Assembly: GCA_913052565.1 (NCBI GenBank)
Contig: CAJXFH010000002.1
Span: 39,324-103,323 of the forward strand
From: an uncultured Gammaproteobacteria bacterium
Lineage (GTDB): Bacteria > Pseudomonadota > Gammaproteobacteria > Magnimaribacterales > TMED112
Direction of reading: 5' to 3'
Length of the DNA: 64,000 nucleotides
Positions 17,868 to 27,570 of this stretch are shown piece after piece; the first letter of the stretch is position 1; the number at the start of each line of letters is the position of its first letter. The notes beneath the pieces were generated by a model. That model saw only the letters and a program-made list of their open reading frames with translations, had not been told where the DNA came from and searched no databases. A program made the position numbers and the translations under genes.

Positions 17868-18679
17868 TTAACCGAGTCTACAGTAATTATTGACTTATCA
17901 TCTATATTAATTGCAGCCAATGACCCTCCCCAAACACATCCAAGATCAATTCCTTTAATTCTATTATGATTAGTTACTCCATTGAGTGCTGCCCAATGGC
18001 CAAAAATTATATTTTCTATGTCTTTTAAGCATCTATGCTCAAATGCAAACCATGGCTTAAATTTTTTTGAACCAGATTTTTTTAATTTTGTTTGAAGATC
18101 AAGTTTGTTTTTATCAGATATAAATCTCATGCGAGTGAATACATTTACAAGGTATCTTCTTCTATTTTTTTTGTTTGTTGATTTCGATATAGCCTTACTT
18201 CTGTCACTATACATGGTTGAAAAAAATTCTTCTGGGTCTTTCCTGAGATCATGCATGAGTTCATCATTTGATGCTTGAATGTCTATATCACTCCATGAAG
18301 GAAGAACACCAGCATGTACTACTAAGGTTTTTTTATTTTTGTATGACATAAGCTTTGCAAAAGAAAAGCCGAGGAAATGTTCTATGATCTCAATTTGTTT
18401 ATTTTTACTTATTACTTTTTTTAGGGTGTCCTTTTTTCCATGCTTTCTCTGTCCAAGTAATATCGCCATAAGATGTAAGTCATGATTGCCATAAACACTC
18501 TGTATATTATTTTCTAAGACATAGTCGATCATTTTCTCTGACTCAGGCCCTCTATTTACTAGGTCTCCAACACAAAAGATTTTATTTTCTTTATTTGGAT
18601 CAATAAGTTTTATAAGATTTCTAAATTCTTTATAGCAGCCCTGAATATCGCCAATTACGAATTTAGATTTCGTTTTCAT
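17864..18679 (-). CDS. apaH: bis(5'-nucleosyl)-tetraphosphatase, symmetrical
   Basis: Metallophosphatase motifs [19 protein letters not shown] and GH are present. I prefer the second Met ([11 protein letters not shown]). The track start at 18697 is also possible. Confidence 0.88.
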   Translation of the reverse strand: MKTKSKFVIGDIQGCYKEFRNLIKLIDPNKENKIFCVGDLVNRGPESEKMIDYVLENNIQSVYGNHDLHLMAILLGQRKHGKKDTLKKVISKNKQIEIIEHFLGFSFAKLMSYKNKKTLVVHAGVLPSWSDIDIQASNDELMHDLRKDPEEFFSTMYSDRSKAISKSTNKKNRRRYLVNVFTRMRFISDKNKLDLQTKLKKSGSKKFKPWFAFEHRCLKDIENIIFGHWAALNGVTNHNRIKGIDLGCVWGGSLAAINIDDKSIITVDSVK

Positions 18680-19427
18680 AATATTTAAGTATTTCAAAAT
18701 AATGATTTATCTCAAGATCTTCAGCTCTTGAGGTTTCATCAAACGAATAAACTTTCTCATCCAAGTTCATTTGCTTAAGAGCGTGTTTAATCTGCTTTCT
18801 TGGATTTTGAAAACATCTAGATAATATTTTTTTAAAGCTAGGATAAGAGTTATAAAATTCTTCATACTTTTTGTTTGGAGTTATCTTTATAAGTGTTGAA
18901 AAAACTTTCGGTTCTGGATCAAATGCTCCAGGAGGAATATCAAACAACTTTTCAATTTCTGTGAAAATTTTGCTCTGTATTGATATTTTTGTAGATTTAT
19001 TTTCAGGCACAAATCTATTAGCCAGCTCTTTTTGAATTAAGAAAATACAACTTTCAAAATTAATATTAGATTCGATTATTTTTAGAATAATTTGTGAGGA
19101 AACATTGTAAGGAAGGTTTCCTACTATTATTGGGTTTAAAAATTTTAGTTCTTTCAAGTTGACACTAAGAAAGTCAGCGCATTTAACTTGGAAAGCTTTT
19201 TTTTCAAAATCTTTTGTGAGTTTTGTAGCAAATCTTTCATCTATTTCAAAAGCCAAAGTATCTTTTGCTTGTTCAACGATTAATTTTGTTAAAGCACCAT
19301 CACCAGGGCCAATTTCTATGACTTCAGACTTACTGTTGATACCAGAACTTTTATATATTTTTTCTAAAAAAACAGCATCTTGTAAAAAATTTTGTCCTAA
19401 AGATTTTTTAAGTTTCATTTGATGCAA
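18663..19427 (-). CDS. rsmA: 16S rRNA (adenine1518/1519-N6)-dimethyltransferase
   Basis: 254 aa with LGQNFL, EIGPGDGALT and NLPYN motifs. Confidence 0.92.
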   Translation of the reverse strand: MHQMKLKKSLGQNFLQDAVFLEKIYKSSGINSKSEVIEIGPGDGALTKLIVEQAKDTLAFEIDERFATKLTKDFEKKAFQVKCADFLSVNLKELKFLNPIIVGNLPYNVSSQIILKIIESNINFESCIFLIQKELANRFVPENKSTKISIQSKIFTEIEKLFDIPPGAFDPEPKVFSTLIKITPNKKYEEFYNSYPSFKKILSRCFQNPRKQIKHALKQMNLDEKVYSFDETSRAEDLEINHYFEILKYYENEI

Positions 19428-20379
19428 TTGAAATTTTAAGTGCTTTAGCCATACTTTTGTAATTGGCGATTAACTTATCAGCAATTCCTTCTGCAGTTCC
19501 ATGATCAACAGAAACTCTCATAAATGGTAATCCAAGAGTAATATTTACAGTATTTTCAAAATCAAGTGTTTTAAGAACTGGTAAAGCTTGATCGTGATAC
19601 ATTGAGAGAATGCCGTCATACTTTTCATGTGAAAATGCTGTATCAGCAGGGATTGGACCTATTGCATCATAACCATCACTTTTTAGTTCATTGATTGCAG
19701 GAATGATTTCATTCTGTTCTTCATTTCCAAAAGAACCAGACTCACCAGCATGTGGATTTAATCCTAAAACACCAATTTTTGGATTTTGTTTGCCATATAT
19801 ATTTTCTATTCCATGACACAGAAGTTTAAATTTTGTTTTAACTAATTCTTTTTTAATTAAATTAGGCACTTCTCTCAAAGCAACATGAGTAGTAGCAACA
19901 CCTATGTTTAACTTGCCATTAGTTAACAGCATTAATACTTCACTAGATGAAAACCTCTCTTTCAAGAACTCAGTGTGACCCATAAAATTTTTAATATGGT
20001 CCTGAATAACACTTTTTTTGATTGGTCCAGTTACTAGATAGCCAGATTGTTCGTTCGCGGCATCACTTGCAATTTTTAAACAATCAATTACATACTTTGC
20101 ATTATCTTTATTTGGTGAGCCTAAAACATAATCAGCACACCCATCAACATCTATCAAATTGATGTGATATTTAAGAGCTTCATTACCCTCGCTAATTATA
20201 TTTATTGGAATCTCATTATTCATACGCGAAAGCATATTAGCTATTACTTTTCGAGAACAGACAACGATTATTGAATCTAATTTTGAATGTATGACATTAT
20301 CTTTTAGTGACTTTATAAATACTTCTGGACCTATTCCGGCAGGGTCGCCTAGAGATACAAAAACTGGCACGCTTATCAA
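19408..20379 (-). CDS. pdxA: 4-hydroxythreonine-4-phosphate dehydrogenase
   Basis: 323 aa with GDPAGIGPE, GLNPHAGE and HDQ motifs, in surA-pdxA-rsmA synteny. Confidence 0.92.
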   Translation of the reverse strand: MISVPVFVSLGDPAGIGPEVFIKSLKDNVIHSKLDSIIVVCSRKVIANMLSRMNNEIPINIISEGNEALKYHINLIDVDGCADYVLGSPNKDNAKYVIDCLKIASDAANEQSGYLVTGPIKKSVIQDHIKNFMGHTEFLKERFSSSEVLMLLTNGKLNIGVATTHVALREVPNLIKKELVKTKFKLLCHGIENIYGKQNPKIGVLGLNPHAGESGSFGNEEQNEIIPAINELKSDGYDAIGPIPADTAFSHEKYDGILSMYHDQALPVLKTLDFENTVNITLGLPFMRVSVDHGTAEGIADKLIANYKSMAKALKISIASNET

Positions 20380-20380
20380 A

Positions 20381-21613
20381 TTATTTAATTTCTATAAAAG
20401 CTTCTGCTTTTAACTCTTGAAGGTCAGATTCTAGCTCTTCATCAAATTTTCTATTAAAAAGATATGAAAAAGCCCTGTCTTCAACTCTTTCATTTGTTTT
20501 GTCTTCAACTCTTGTTCCCAATACCTCAAGTATGTGCCACCCAAATTGACTTAAAAAAGGCTCGGTTATTACATTTAAATCAGATTTCATCATTTGTCTT
20601 TCAAATTCTGGATCATATACACCTTCACCAGCCCAACCAAGATTACCGCCTTCTTGCTTAGACCCCGGATCATCAGAATATATAGATGCGAGTTCATCAA
20701 AACTTTCACCGTCTAGTATTCTTTTTCTCAATTCTGTAATGAGTTCTTCACTGGCTTCGTCAGGCCTAATTCGATTAGGAATCAGTAATATATGTCTTAC
20801 ATCCCATTGTTTTTCAAAAGTTACAGTATTTCCTCTTTTGTCTTCAAGATAAAGTATATGATCACCAGCACCACTTCTAATTGGCATAGCTAGCTCCCCA
20901 ATCTTCATTTCTTTCAAAGTATCTGTGAAAAGATCTGGGAATCCAGGAAGCTTTCTCCATCCAAGATCACCAGCACCTTCTGAGAACTCTGTTATGTAGT
21001 TGTCTATATTTTTCCCTTCTGCTAAACCATTTAAAACTTCTTCATAAACATCATCTGAATTTTTTTCTGAGCTAGTTCTTATTAAGATTTGTCTTACTTT
21101 TAGTTCAGGACCCAATTGGTTCTGAGCTTCTTCAGTATTTAGAAAATTATCTAATTCTTCTCTGCTTATAGAGATTTTGTTTTGTATTCTTCCCTGTTGA
21201 ACCCGATTGATTTTAAGATTTTTTCTGATTTCTTCTCTGAGATCTGAATATGAATCACCTCTATCTTCAACAACTTTGATAAATTCTTCGATGTCGAGAT
21301 TATTTTGTTGAGCAAGTCTTTTAACTGTTACATTGAGCTCTTCATCACTTATCTTTATACCGACTTTATCTGCAATTTGTAGTTGGATCTCAGCGATGAT
21401 TAGATCGTCAACGATGGTTTCTCGCAGTTCTTCATCTGAAGGGATTCTATCTCCATTAAGTGTCGCGTTTTTTTTGAATTCAGACATTCTTTGTAAAATA
21501 TCTGATTCCAAAACTACACCGTCATTTACAATTACCGCAACCCTGTCCAATTCTTGCGACATTATGCTCAAAGGCAAAAGAAAAAGTACCAAGTATCTAA
21601 TTAAATAAACCAT
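20381..21613 (-). CDS. surA: periplasmic chaperone / PPIase SurA
   Basis: 410 aa with a signal peptide, a SurA N-domain and two parvulin-like segments (GGDLGW, GGNLGW). Confidence 0.88.
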   Translation of the reverse strand: MVYLIRYLVLFLLPLSIMSQELDRVAVIVNDGVVLESDILQRMSEFKKNATLNGDRIPSDEELRETIVDDLIIAEIQLQIADKVGIKISDEELNVTVKRLAQQNNLDIEEFIKVVEDRGDSYSDLREEIRKNLKINRVQQGRIQNKISISREELDNFLNTEEAQNQLGPELKVRQILIRTSSEKNSDDVYEEVLNGLAEGKNIDNYITEFSEGAGDLGWRKLPGFPDLFTDTLKEMKIGELAMPIRSGAGDHILYLEDKRGNTVTFEKQWDVRHILLIPNRIRPDEASEELITELRKRILDGESFDELASIYSDDPGSKQEGGNLGWAGEGVYDPEFERQMMKSDLNVITEPFLSQFGWHILEVLGTRVEDKTNERVEDRAFSYLFNRKFDEELESDLQELKAEAFIEIK

Positions 21614-23489
21614 TATTAATAATATTATCTATTGGAGTGAGTATATTTGTAAGTCCTACTAACTCAAATTCAAAGCTAAGGTTATTTTTTACTTTAGGAT
21701 TAGTCAAATTTACAAGATCAAAATAAGTTGTTTCAGCATAATTTGGGTCAATAAAAGGAAAAAATCGTGCTCTTTCAGCACTCAATCTCAGTCTTAGACA
21801 ATCATATTCCCATTCAATACCAAGAATATTTTCATTAACAGTATCTTTATCTCTTGAATATTGGGCTCTTGAAAATACTTTAAATTTTTGAAAATCCTTT
21901 TTAAATTTAAGCATGTAATTATCAATTGGTTTCAATGGATAGCTTGAAGGTATTAGGTTATTTTTTTGAAAAGAAAAAAATGTAGAATCATTTTTGAAAC
22001 TTACACCAGCCATAAGAGCTAGAAAATCGCTCTTTTCATAACTATAGTTACCTTTCGCAAAAAAATTAAAATTTGAATTTTTAGTTGTCAAAGAAAAGAA
22101 AATTGGATCTTTGTCATAAAATTTCTTAAAGATCATACTCTCATTGGCAAAGTTATACTTTTCATAAAGATTTGTAGATATCGAAAAATTCATTCCATCA
22201 GTCATCCAATTTTTTGAAATGAAAAGCTTTCTGGAATTTGCTGTTCTATCTTTTCCTACCCATGGCATAAGAGACATATTAGATTCAGGAGAGGGGTTTA
22301 AGGGGTATGAATCTAGTATTGGTAGATCTTTTTCATCTTCAAATGTTGACCAAATAACACCAATTTTTAAGCTGTTGTCCTGTAATAGGGAAAACATTTG
22401 TCTCGTTGAAAAATTTGTAGATGTTCTTTCACGATTTTGATCCAAGACAATGTCTTCTTTTTTTATGAATTCATATTCTCTGTGACTAATCAAATATTGG
22501 CTTGAATAAGTTGCTGAATTAAATTTTATATTCCTATTTACATAAATATCCCTGGATACTCTTTCTGCCTCTTGTACCACTTCATAGGGCATCATTAGTT
22601 CAAAAGGCGAGTTATTCTCAAATTTTGCAAACTCAGTATTAACATCAATGCCCCAATTGCCAAATACAAAGTATCTTTCGTAAAGAATATAATCTTTTGA
22701 GTGAGAAACAGGCCGCAATGCACCAATATTTACAAAGTTATCTGCAAAAATAGATAAATTTCTATTGTCTTTCAAAACTGAAATACCTATTGATTGTTTT
22801 AAATCCAGGCTTCTTCTATTTATATCTAGATATTTGTAACCATAATTTTGTATAAGTGAATTACCACTAAGGTCTGAATAATCGAGGGTTAAAGATACTG
22901 ATTCATTTAGATTTATTATGGAATCAATGTCATACACCCATGAACTATTTTCGTCATCCAGAGCAAGGCTTTTAAAGTTGAAATTATTCAGACCATCATC
23001 AAATCCAAAATCCATAGAAAGGCCAAAAGATGAATTTGTGTAAATAGGCTCTATAGTGAAGACCGAATTTTCAGTTTTTGTTTTAAATTTATAACTTATA
23101 TCTAAATTTGAATCAGTAACTCCAAGATTTGGAATATTAAAATTATCTTCTTCATTAATGCTTACTTCGCCTAACCAGAATATTGGTAGGCCAAAAATAC
23201 GAAGTTTTGTATTTTTAATTGTAAGACTTTCACCATTCAGCTCAGCTTGTTCAGCAGTTAAATCCCAAACAGAACTATTTTTACATGAGGTAACCTTAAC
23301 TTTTTCAAGCTCGAGCAAATCATCTGTGCTTACTGCTCTCTCAAAACTTAGATCAATTGAATCTGTAACTGATAATTCTCCCTGATTTATTTCAAAATTT
23401 GCTTTACTGTCGCCTTCATGACACTCAGGCTTTGCGAAAAATGAACAAAGAAAGAGAAATAACAAAAACAGATTATTAACTTTTGGCAT
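21597..23489 (-). CDS. lptD: LPS-assembly outer-membrane protein LptD (short form)
   Basis: 630 aa with a signal peptide and a beta-rich, aromatic-rich sequence. It lies upstream of surA as in Proteobacteria. Confidence 0.8.
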   Translation of the reverse strand: MPKVNNLFLLFLFLCSFFAKPECHEGDSKANFEINQGELSVTDSIDLSFERAVSTDDLLELEKVKVTSCKNSSVWDLTAEQAELNGESLTIKNTKLRIFGLPIFWLGEVSINEEDNFNIPNLGVTDSNLDISYKFKTKTENSVFTIEPIYTNSSFGLSMDFGFDDGLNNFNFKSLALDDENSSWVYDIDSIINLNESVSLTLDYSDLSGNSLIQNYGYKYLDINRRSLDLKQSIGISVLKDNRNLSIFADNFVNIGALRPVSHSKDYILYERYFVFGNWGIDVNTEFAKFENNSPFELMMPYEVVQEAERVSRDIYVNRNIKFNSATYSSQYLISHREYEFIKKEDIVLDQNRERTSTNFSTRQMFSLLQDNSLKIGVIWSTFEDEKDLPILDSYPLNPSPESNMSLMPWVGKDRTANSRKLFISKNWMTDGMNFSISTNLYEKYNFANESMIFKKFYDKDPIFFSLTTKNSNFNFFAKGNYSYEKSDFLALMAGVSFKNDSTFFSFQKNNLIPSSYPLKPIDNYMLKFKKDFQKFKVFSRAQYSRDKDTVNENILGIEWEYDCLRLRLSAERARFFPFIDPNYAETTYFDLVNLTNPKVKNNLSFEFELVGLTNILTPIDNIINNGLFN

Positions 23490-23529
23490 ATCCTTGTATT
23501 ATAGGACTTATACAAATAAAAAAAGTTTT

Positions 23530-24387
23530 ATGAGCCTTAAAGATAAAGTAATTTTCATGACAGGGGGCAGCAGAGGCATTGGCTTGGCTATTGCCTTAAA
23601 AGCCGCAAAAGATGGTGCAAATGTTGCAATTGCTGCTAAAACAGTTGAGCCACACCCAAAGCTTGAAGGAACAATTTTTACAGCTGCAGAAGAAATAGAA
23701 AAAGCTGGAGGCAGAGCATTGCCAGTTCAATGTGACATTCGGTTTGAAGAGAGTGTAAATGAAGCAGTTAAAAAGACAGTTGAAGCATTTGGTGGAATAG
23801 ATATATGTATTAACAATGCATCAGCAATAAGCCTAACACCAACTCTTCAAACAGATATGAAAAGATATGATCTAATGCATAGCATTAATGGAAGAGGTAC
23901 ATTTCTTACAAGCAAGATATGTATTCCTCATCTGCTTAATTCTTCTAATCCACACATTATAAATCTAGCTCCACCACTTGATATGAATCCAGTTTGGTTT
24001 CAAGGCTCATTAGCATACACCATGGCTAAATATAATATGAGCATGTGTGTCTTAGGTATGGCCGCAGAATATCAAGGTCAAATAGGGGTAAACGCACTTT
24101 GGCCAAGAACAGCAATTAAAACAGCAGCAGTAGCAAATGTTCTAGGTGGCACGGAAATGTATGAAAAGTCGAGGAATCCAGAAATTATGGCAGATGCAGC
24201 TTACATAATAATGAATAAAGACCATAAAAGTTTTACTGGAAACTTTTTAATTGATGATAGCCTTTTGGCTGAAAATGGTGAAACTGACTTTAAACAATAT
24301 GCAGATTTTCCTTTTGATGAATTAATGCCAGATTTCTTTGTGCCTGCAGAAGGCTATCCTGTTCCAAAAATAGTCAAAGAGAGTTGA
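23530..24387 (+). CDS. SDR family oxidoreductase, HSDL2-like
   Basis: FMTGGSRGIGLAIALKAAKDGANVAIAAKT..PHPKL.GTI.TAAEEIE closely parallels the human HSDL2 SDR domain from memory. I prefer the ATG at 23530 over the track TTG at 23494. Confidence 0.75.
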   Translation: MSLKDKVIFMTGGSRGIGLAIALKAAKDGANVAIAAKTVEPHPKLEGTIFTAAEEIEKAGGRALPVQCDIRFEESVNEAVKKTVEAFGGIDICINNASAISLTPTLQTDMKRYDLMHSINGRGTFLTSKICIPHLLNSSNPHIINLAPPLDMNPVWFQGSLAYTMAKYNMSMCVLGMAAEYQGQIGVNALWPRTAIKTAAVANVLGGTEMYEKSRNPEIMADAAYIIMNKDHKSFTGNFLIDDSLLAENGETDFKQYADFPFDELMPDFFVPAEGYPVPKIVKES

Positions 24388-25310
24388 AGAACATAGCTGA
24401 AGCATCTGAGTGGCTAAGCAGCATAATAGGCACAAAAAATTTCAATATCGAACCATTAAGAAAAGAAGCAAGTCAAAGAGCATATTTTAGAGTCAGATCA
24501 GAGAAAAATTCATTTGTATTGTGTGATAATTTCGATGAAAAAGAAGTGCCGGCAAAATATTTATATGCCACAAAAATCCTTCAAAAAAACTCAGTAAATG
24601 TACCAGAAATACTAGGTTTTTCAGAATCTTTGCGTTTTATTTTATTAGAGGACCTTGGTGACCAAACGTTAGATATAAATAAATCACAATCACATGAGAA
24701 GGTCCTAAATGAAGCCTTGATACAATTAAGCCTAATTAAATTTTCAGAACAAGATGTTCTTAAATCATTCTCAGAAAATGATCTTTTAGCACAAACAAAA
24801 AAATTCATTACTTTTTGCAATGAACAAAATTTAGACGAAGAAGATATAAATTTAATTAACAACCTAAGAGAAGATTTAGTGCAAAACCTCATGGGTCAAC
24901 AATTTGTTCCTACTCACAATGATTTTGAAAGAAGAAACTTAATTTATCACAACGAGGAGATATATGTTATTGATTTTCAGGATCTAAATATAGCTCCCAT
25001 AGGTATAGATTTGGCTTCAATACTATTCGAACATAATTTCAATTACGAAGATGAAACTATTTCAAAATTATTAAGTAAACATATAAATTCAAACGGCTTT
25101 CAAATAAGTATTGATGAATTAAAGCGCCATATTATGCAAGCTCTTGCTCATCGTTCGATGAGAATCGTCGGAACTTTTAATGAATATTTTAAAAAAGGTA
25201 TTGCTTTAAATAGACAGAAGGATATAAAAAATTTTTTACAAAGAATTATCTTGAGTCTGGAGTACCTTGATAAGAATAATTCAGCAATAATAATAAAAAA
25301 GATTTTATGA
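24384..25310 (+). CDS. amgK: anomeric MurNAc/GlcNAc kinase AmgK-like (aminoglycoside phosphotransferase fold)
   Basis: 308 aa with ASQRAYFRV, HNDFERRNL (HxDxxxxN) and IDFQD motifs. It pairs with murU next to lptD/surA, as in Pseudomonas. Confidence 0.7.
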   Translation: MKNIAEASEWLSSIIGTKNFNIEPLRKEASQRAYFRVRSEKNSFVLCDNFDEKEVPAKYLYATKILQKNSVNVPEILGFSESLRFILLEDLGDQTLDINKSQSHEKVLNEALIQLSLIKFSEQDVLKSFSENDLLAQTKKFITFCNEQNLDEEDINLINNLREDLVQNLMGQQFVPTHNDFERRNLIYHNEEIYVIDFQDLNIAPIGIDLASILFEHNFNYEDETISKLLSKHINSNGFQISIDELKRHIMQALAHRSMRIVGTFNEYFKKGIALNRQKDIKNFLQRIILSLEYLDKNNSAIIIKKIL

Positions 25311-25951
25311 AAGCCATGATTCTAGCTGCAGGTTTTGGGAAAAGGCTTGGAGATATTACAGAGAATAAACCAAAACCGCTTGTACAAGTACAGGGCAAGT
25401 GTCTGATTGATCACCACATAGAGAAACTCCTTTTTGCAAAGATCAAACAAATCACAATTAATACTCATTATCTAGCTGAGCAAATAGCAAACCATGTCAC
25501 AAGCAAATATTCTGATTCAGCAGACATTTCAATTGTTTATGAGAAAGAAATTCTTGGCACAGGAGGAGGGATCTTAAATGCAACAAAAAATTTTGGTTCA
25601 GAAGATTTTGTTGTTATTAATTCAGATATTTACTCAGATTATGACTATTCAAAATTTAAAAATAAATCTTCAACGAAAGTATTTGTTGTTCCAAATGACA
25701 ATAACTCAGGTGATTTCACCGTTAAGGATGGAACAGTAATGCTTGGTGAGAAAAAAGATTTTACTTGGACAGGATTCAGCGTAATTAATAGAGATATTAT
25801 TATGAGCTGCCAAAAAGAAAAATTTCATTACTGGGAAGATTGTTTAAAAATTCATGCAGCCAGTAATATGCTTGAAGCAGAAATACTTAATATAAATTGG
25901 TATGATGTTGGAAGCATTGATGTCCTGAATTATTTAAATAAAGAATCGTGA
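25307..25951 (+). CDS. murU: N-acetylmuramate alpha-1-phosphate uridylyltransferase MurU-like
   Basis: 214 aa. MKAMILAAGFGKRL...KPKPLV is a nucleotidyltransferase N-terminus nearly identical in pattern to P. putida MurU. It overlaps amgK by 4 nt. Confidence 0.72.
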   Translation: MKAMILAAGFGKRLGDITENKPKPLVQVQGKCLIDHHIEKLLFAKIKQITINTHYLAEQIANHVTSKYSDSADISIVYEKEILGTGGGILNATKNFGSEDFVVINSDIYSDYDYSKFKNKSSTKVFVVPNDNNSGDFTVKDGTVMLGEKKDFTWTGFSVINRDIIMSCQKEKFHYWEDCLKIHAASNMLEAEILNINWYDVGSIDVLNYLNKES

Positions 25952-26607
25952 GTAAAATTATTGCCCCTTCCATTTTATCAGCAGATTTTTCTAGGTTGGG
26001 TGAAGAGGTCAGAGCAGTATTGGATGCTGGTGCTGATTGGGTTCATTTTGATGTCATGGACAATCATTATGTTCCAAACCTCACAATAGGACCTATGGTA
26101 TGCAAGTCCCTTAGAAACTATGGAATTGATGAATTTATTGATGTCCATTTAATGGTTAAACCTGTTGATCCTTTGATAAAAATGTTCATTGATTCAGGAG
26201 CTGACCTAATTTCATTCCATCCTGAAGCAACGGATGATTTGGATGCAACATTAAAACTGATTAAAGATTCAGGCTGTAAGGCTGGCATAGCAGTTAATCC
26301 AGAAGAAGACATTTCAATTGCAAAAAAGTATATAGAAGATATTGATCTTGTTTTACTTATGTCTGTAAATCCAGGATTTGGTGGTCAAAAATTTATTGAA
26401 CCAGTCTTGGAGAAAATAAAAATGATGAGAAGCTTCATTGATCAGTCAAAAAATAATGTCCATCTAGAAGTAGATGGTGGCATAAATGTTGATAATATTA
26501 ATGAGGTTTGCGTAGCTGGAGCTGATACGTTTGTCTTGGGCTCAGCAATTTTTAATACAGATGATTACTCGGATACTATTTCTGCTCTTCGCAACAATAT
26601 CGCTTGA
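25948..26607 (+). CDS. rpe: ribulose-phosphate 3-epimerase
   Basis: 219 aa with PSILSADF, HFDVMDNHYVPN and VNPGFGGQKFI motifs. The start is GTG. Confidence 0.93.
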   Translation: MSKIIAPSILSADFSRLGEEVRAVLDAGADWVHFDVMDNHYVPNLTIGPMVCKSLRNYGIDEFIDVHLMVKPVDPLIKMFIDSGADLISFHPEATDDLDATLKLIKDSGCKAGIAVNPEEDISIAKKYIEDIDLVLLMSVNPGFGGQKFIEPVLEKIKMMRSFIDQSKNNVHLEVDGGINVDNINEVCVAGADTFVLGSAIFNTDDYSDTISALRNNIA

Positions 26608-26971
26608 AGCAGACGTTAAAAAAATTGAAGCAATTATTGCTAATCAAAAGGTTTATCTTTCAGTAGCAGATACACAATCACTGAGAAAAAAAGGCTTAAT
26701 GGGTATAAAAGAACTTGAGGCTGATAGCGGTATGATCTTTCTCTGGCCAAATGCCTCAAAGAAATGCATGTGGATGAAAGATACTTTAATTGATTTATCA
26801 GTAGCCTTTATTACAAATGATAAAAAAATTACTGAAATTAAAAATCTTCAAGCTGGGAATCTAGAATCTGTGTGTTCTAGCGACAGGAATGTAATAGCTG
26901 CTATTGAAATGAATAAAGATTGGTTCAAGGAAAATAAAGTTTTTCGAGGATCAGCTGTAAGGTTTCTTTAG
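26561..26971 (+). CDS. DUF192 family periplasmic protein
   Basis: It has the KKGLMG....DSGMIFLWP motif. The start at 26561 gives the signal peptide MITRILFLLFATISLEA. The track start 26531 is less likely. Confidence 0.65.
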   Translation: MITRILFLLFATISLEADVKKIEAIIANQKVYLSVADTQSLRKKGLMGIKELEADSGMIFLWPNASKKCMWMKDTLIDLSVAFITNDKKITEIKNLQAGNLESVCSSDRNVIAAIEMNKDWFKENKVFRGSAVRFL

Positions 26972-27570
26972 AAATACCTGCTTAGCGTAGTCATTATCTT
27001 TGACGTAGCTGTCATCATGCCCTTGACTGGAGGAGGCAGCTCTTGGCTTCCGTGATCTTTAGCTTCTTGACCATGGATTTCTTCCTCTTCAAGCATCTTT
27101 TGTAGAATTTCTCTACTTTTTGTATCTTTAGGCGACATTTCTTTCAAATGTCTTTTGAGATGTTCAACAACTTGTTTTTCAGTTTCCTCAACAAACCCAA
27201 GACTTGTAGCATCACCAATTAAAGCAGCTACTGAACCTAACGTAAAAGAGCCAGCATAATATAAAGGATCCATAAGAGATTTTTTTCCGCCCAGCTCGTC
27301 TAATCTTTTGCTACACCACTCAAGGTGAGCAAACTCTTCATCACCTGCTTTTATTAAATGTTTTTTTACTTCAGGAGTATTTGAAAAAAAAGCCTGGCCC
27401 CTATACAGCGCCTGAGCAGACACCTCACCAGAAGCATTTACTCGCATTAAAGATATAGATTTTTGTCTTTCTTCATCTGTAAGTGTTTCGTCCAATTTAC
27501 CTTTGTTGGAGTATGTGATTGTTTTTAAAAAATGATTTAATTCAGTTGCAATTTTATCTCTAAGATTCAT
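26968..27570 (-). CDS. coq7: demethoxyubiquinone hydroxylase Coq7 (di-iron)
   Basis: 200 aa with two E..H di-iron motifs (EEFAHLEW, EEEIHGQEA) and GEVSAQALYRGQ. Confidence 0.85.
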   Translation of the reverse strand: MNLRDKIATELNHFLKTITYSNKGKLDETLTDEERQKSISLMRVNASGEVSAQALYRGQAFFSNTPEVKKHLIKAGDEEFAHLEWCSKRLDELGGKKSLMDPLYYAGSFTLGSVAALIGDATSLGFVEETEKQVVEHLKRHLKEMSPKDTKSREILQKMLEEEEIHGQEAKDHGSQELPPPVKGMMTATSKIMTTLSRYF

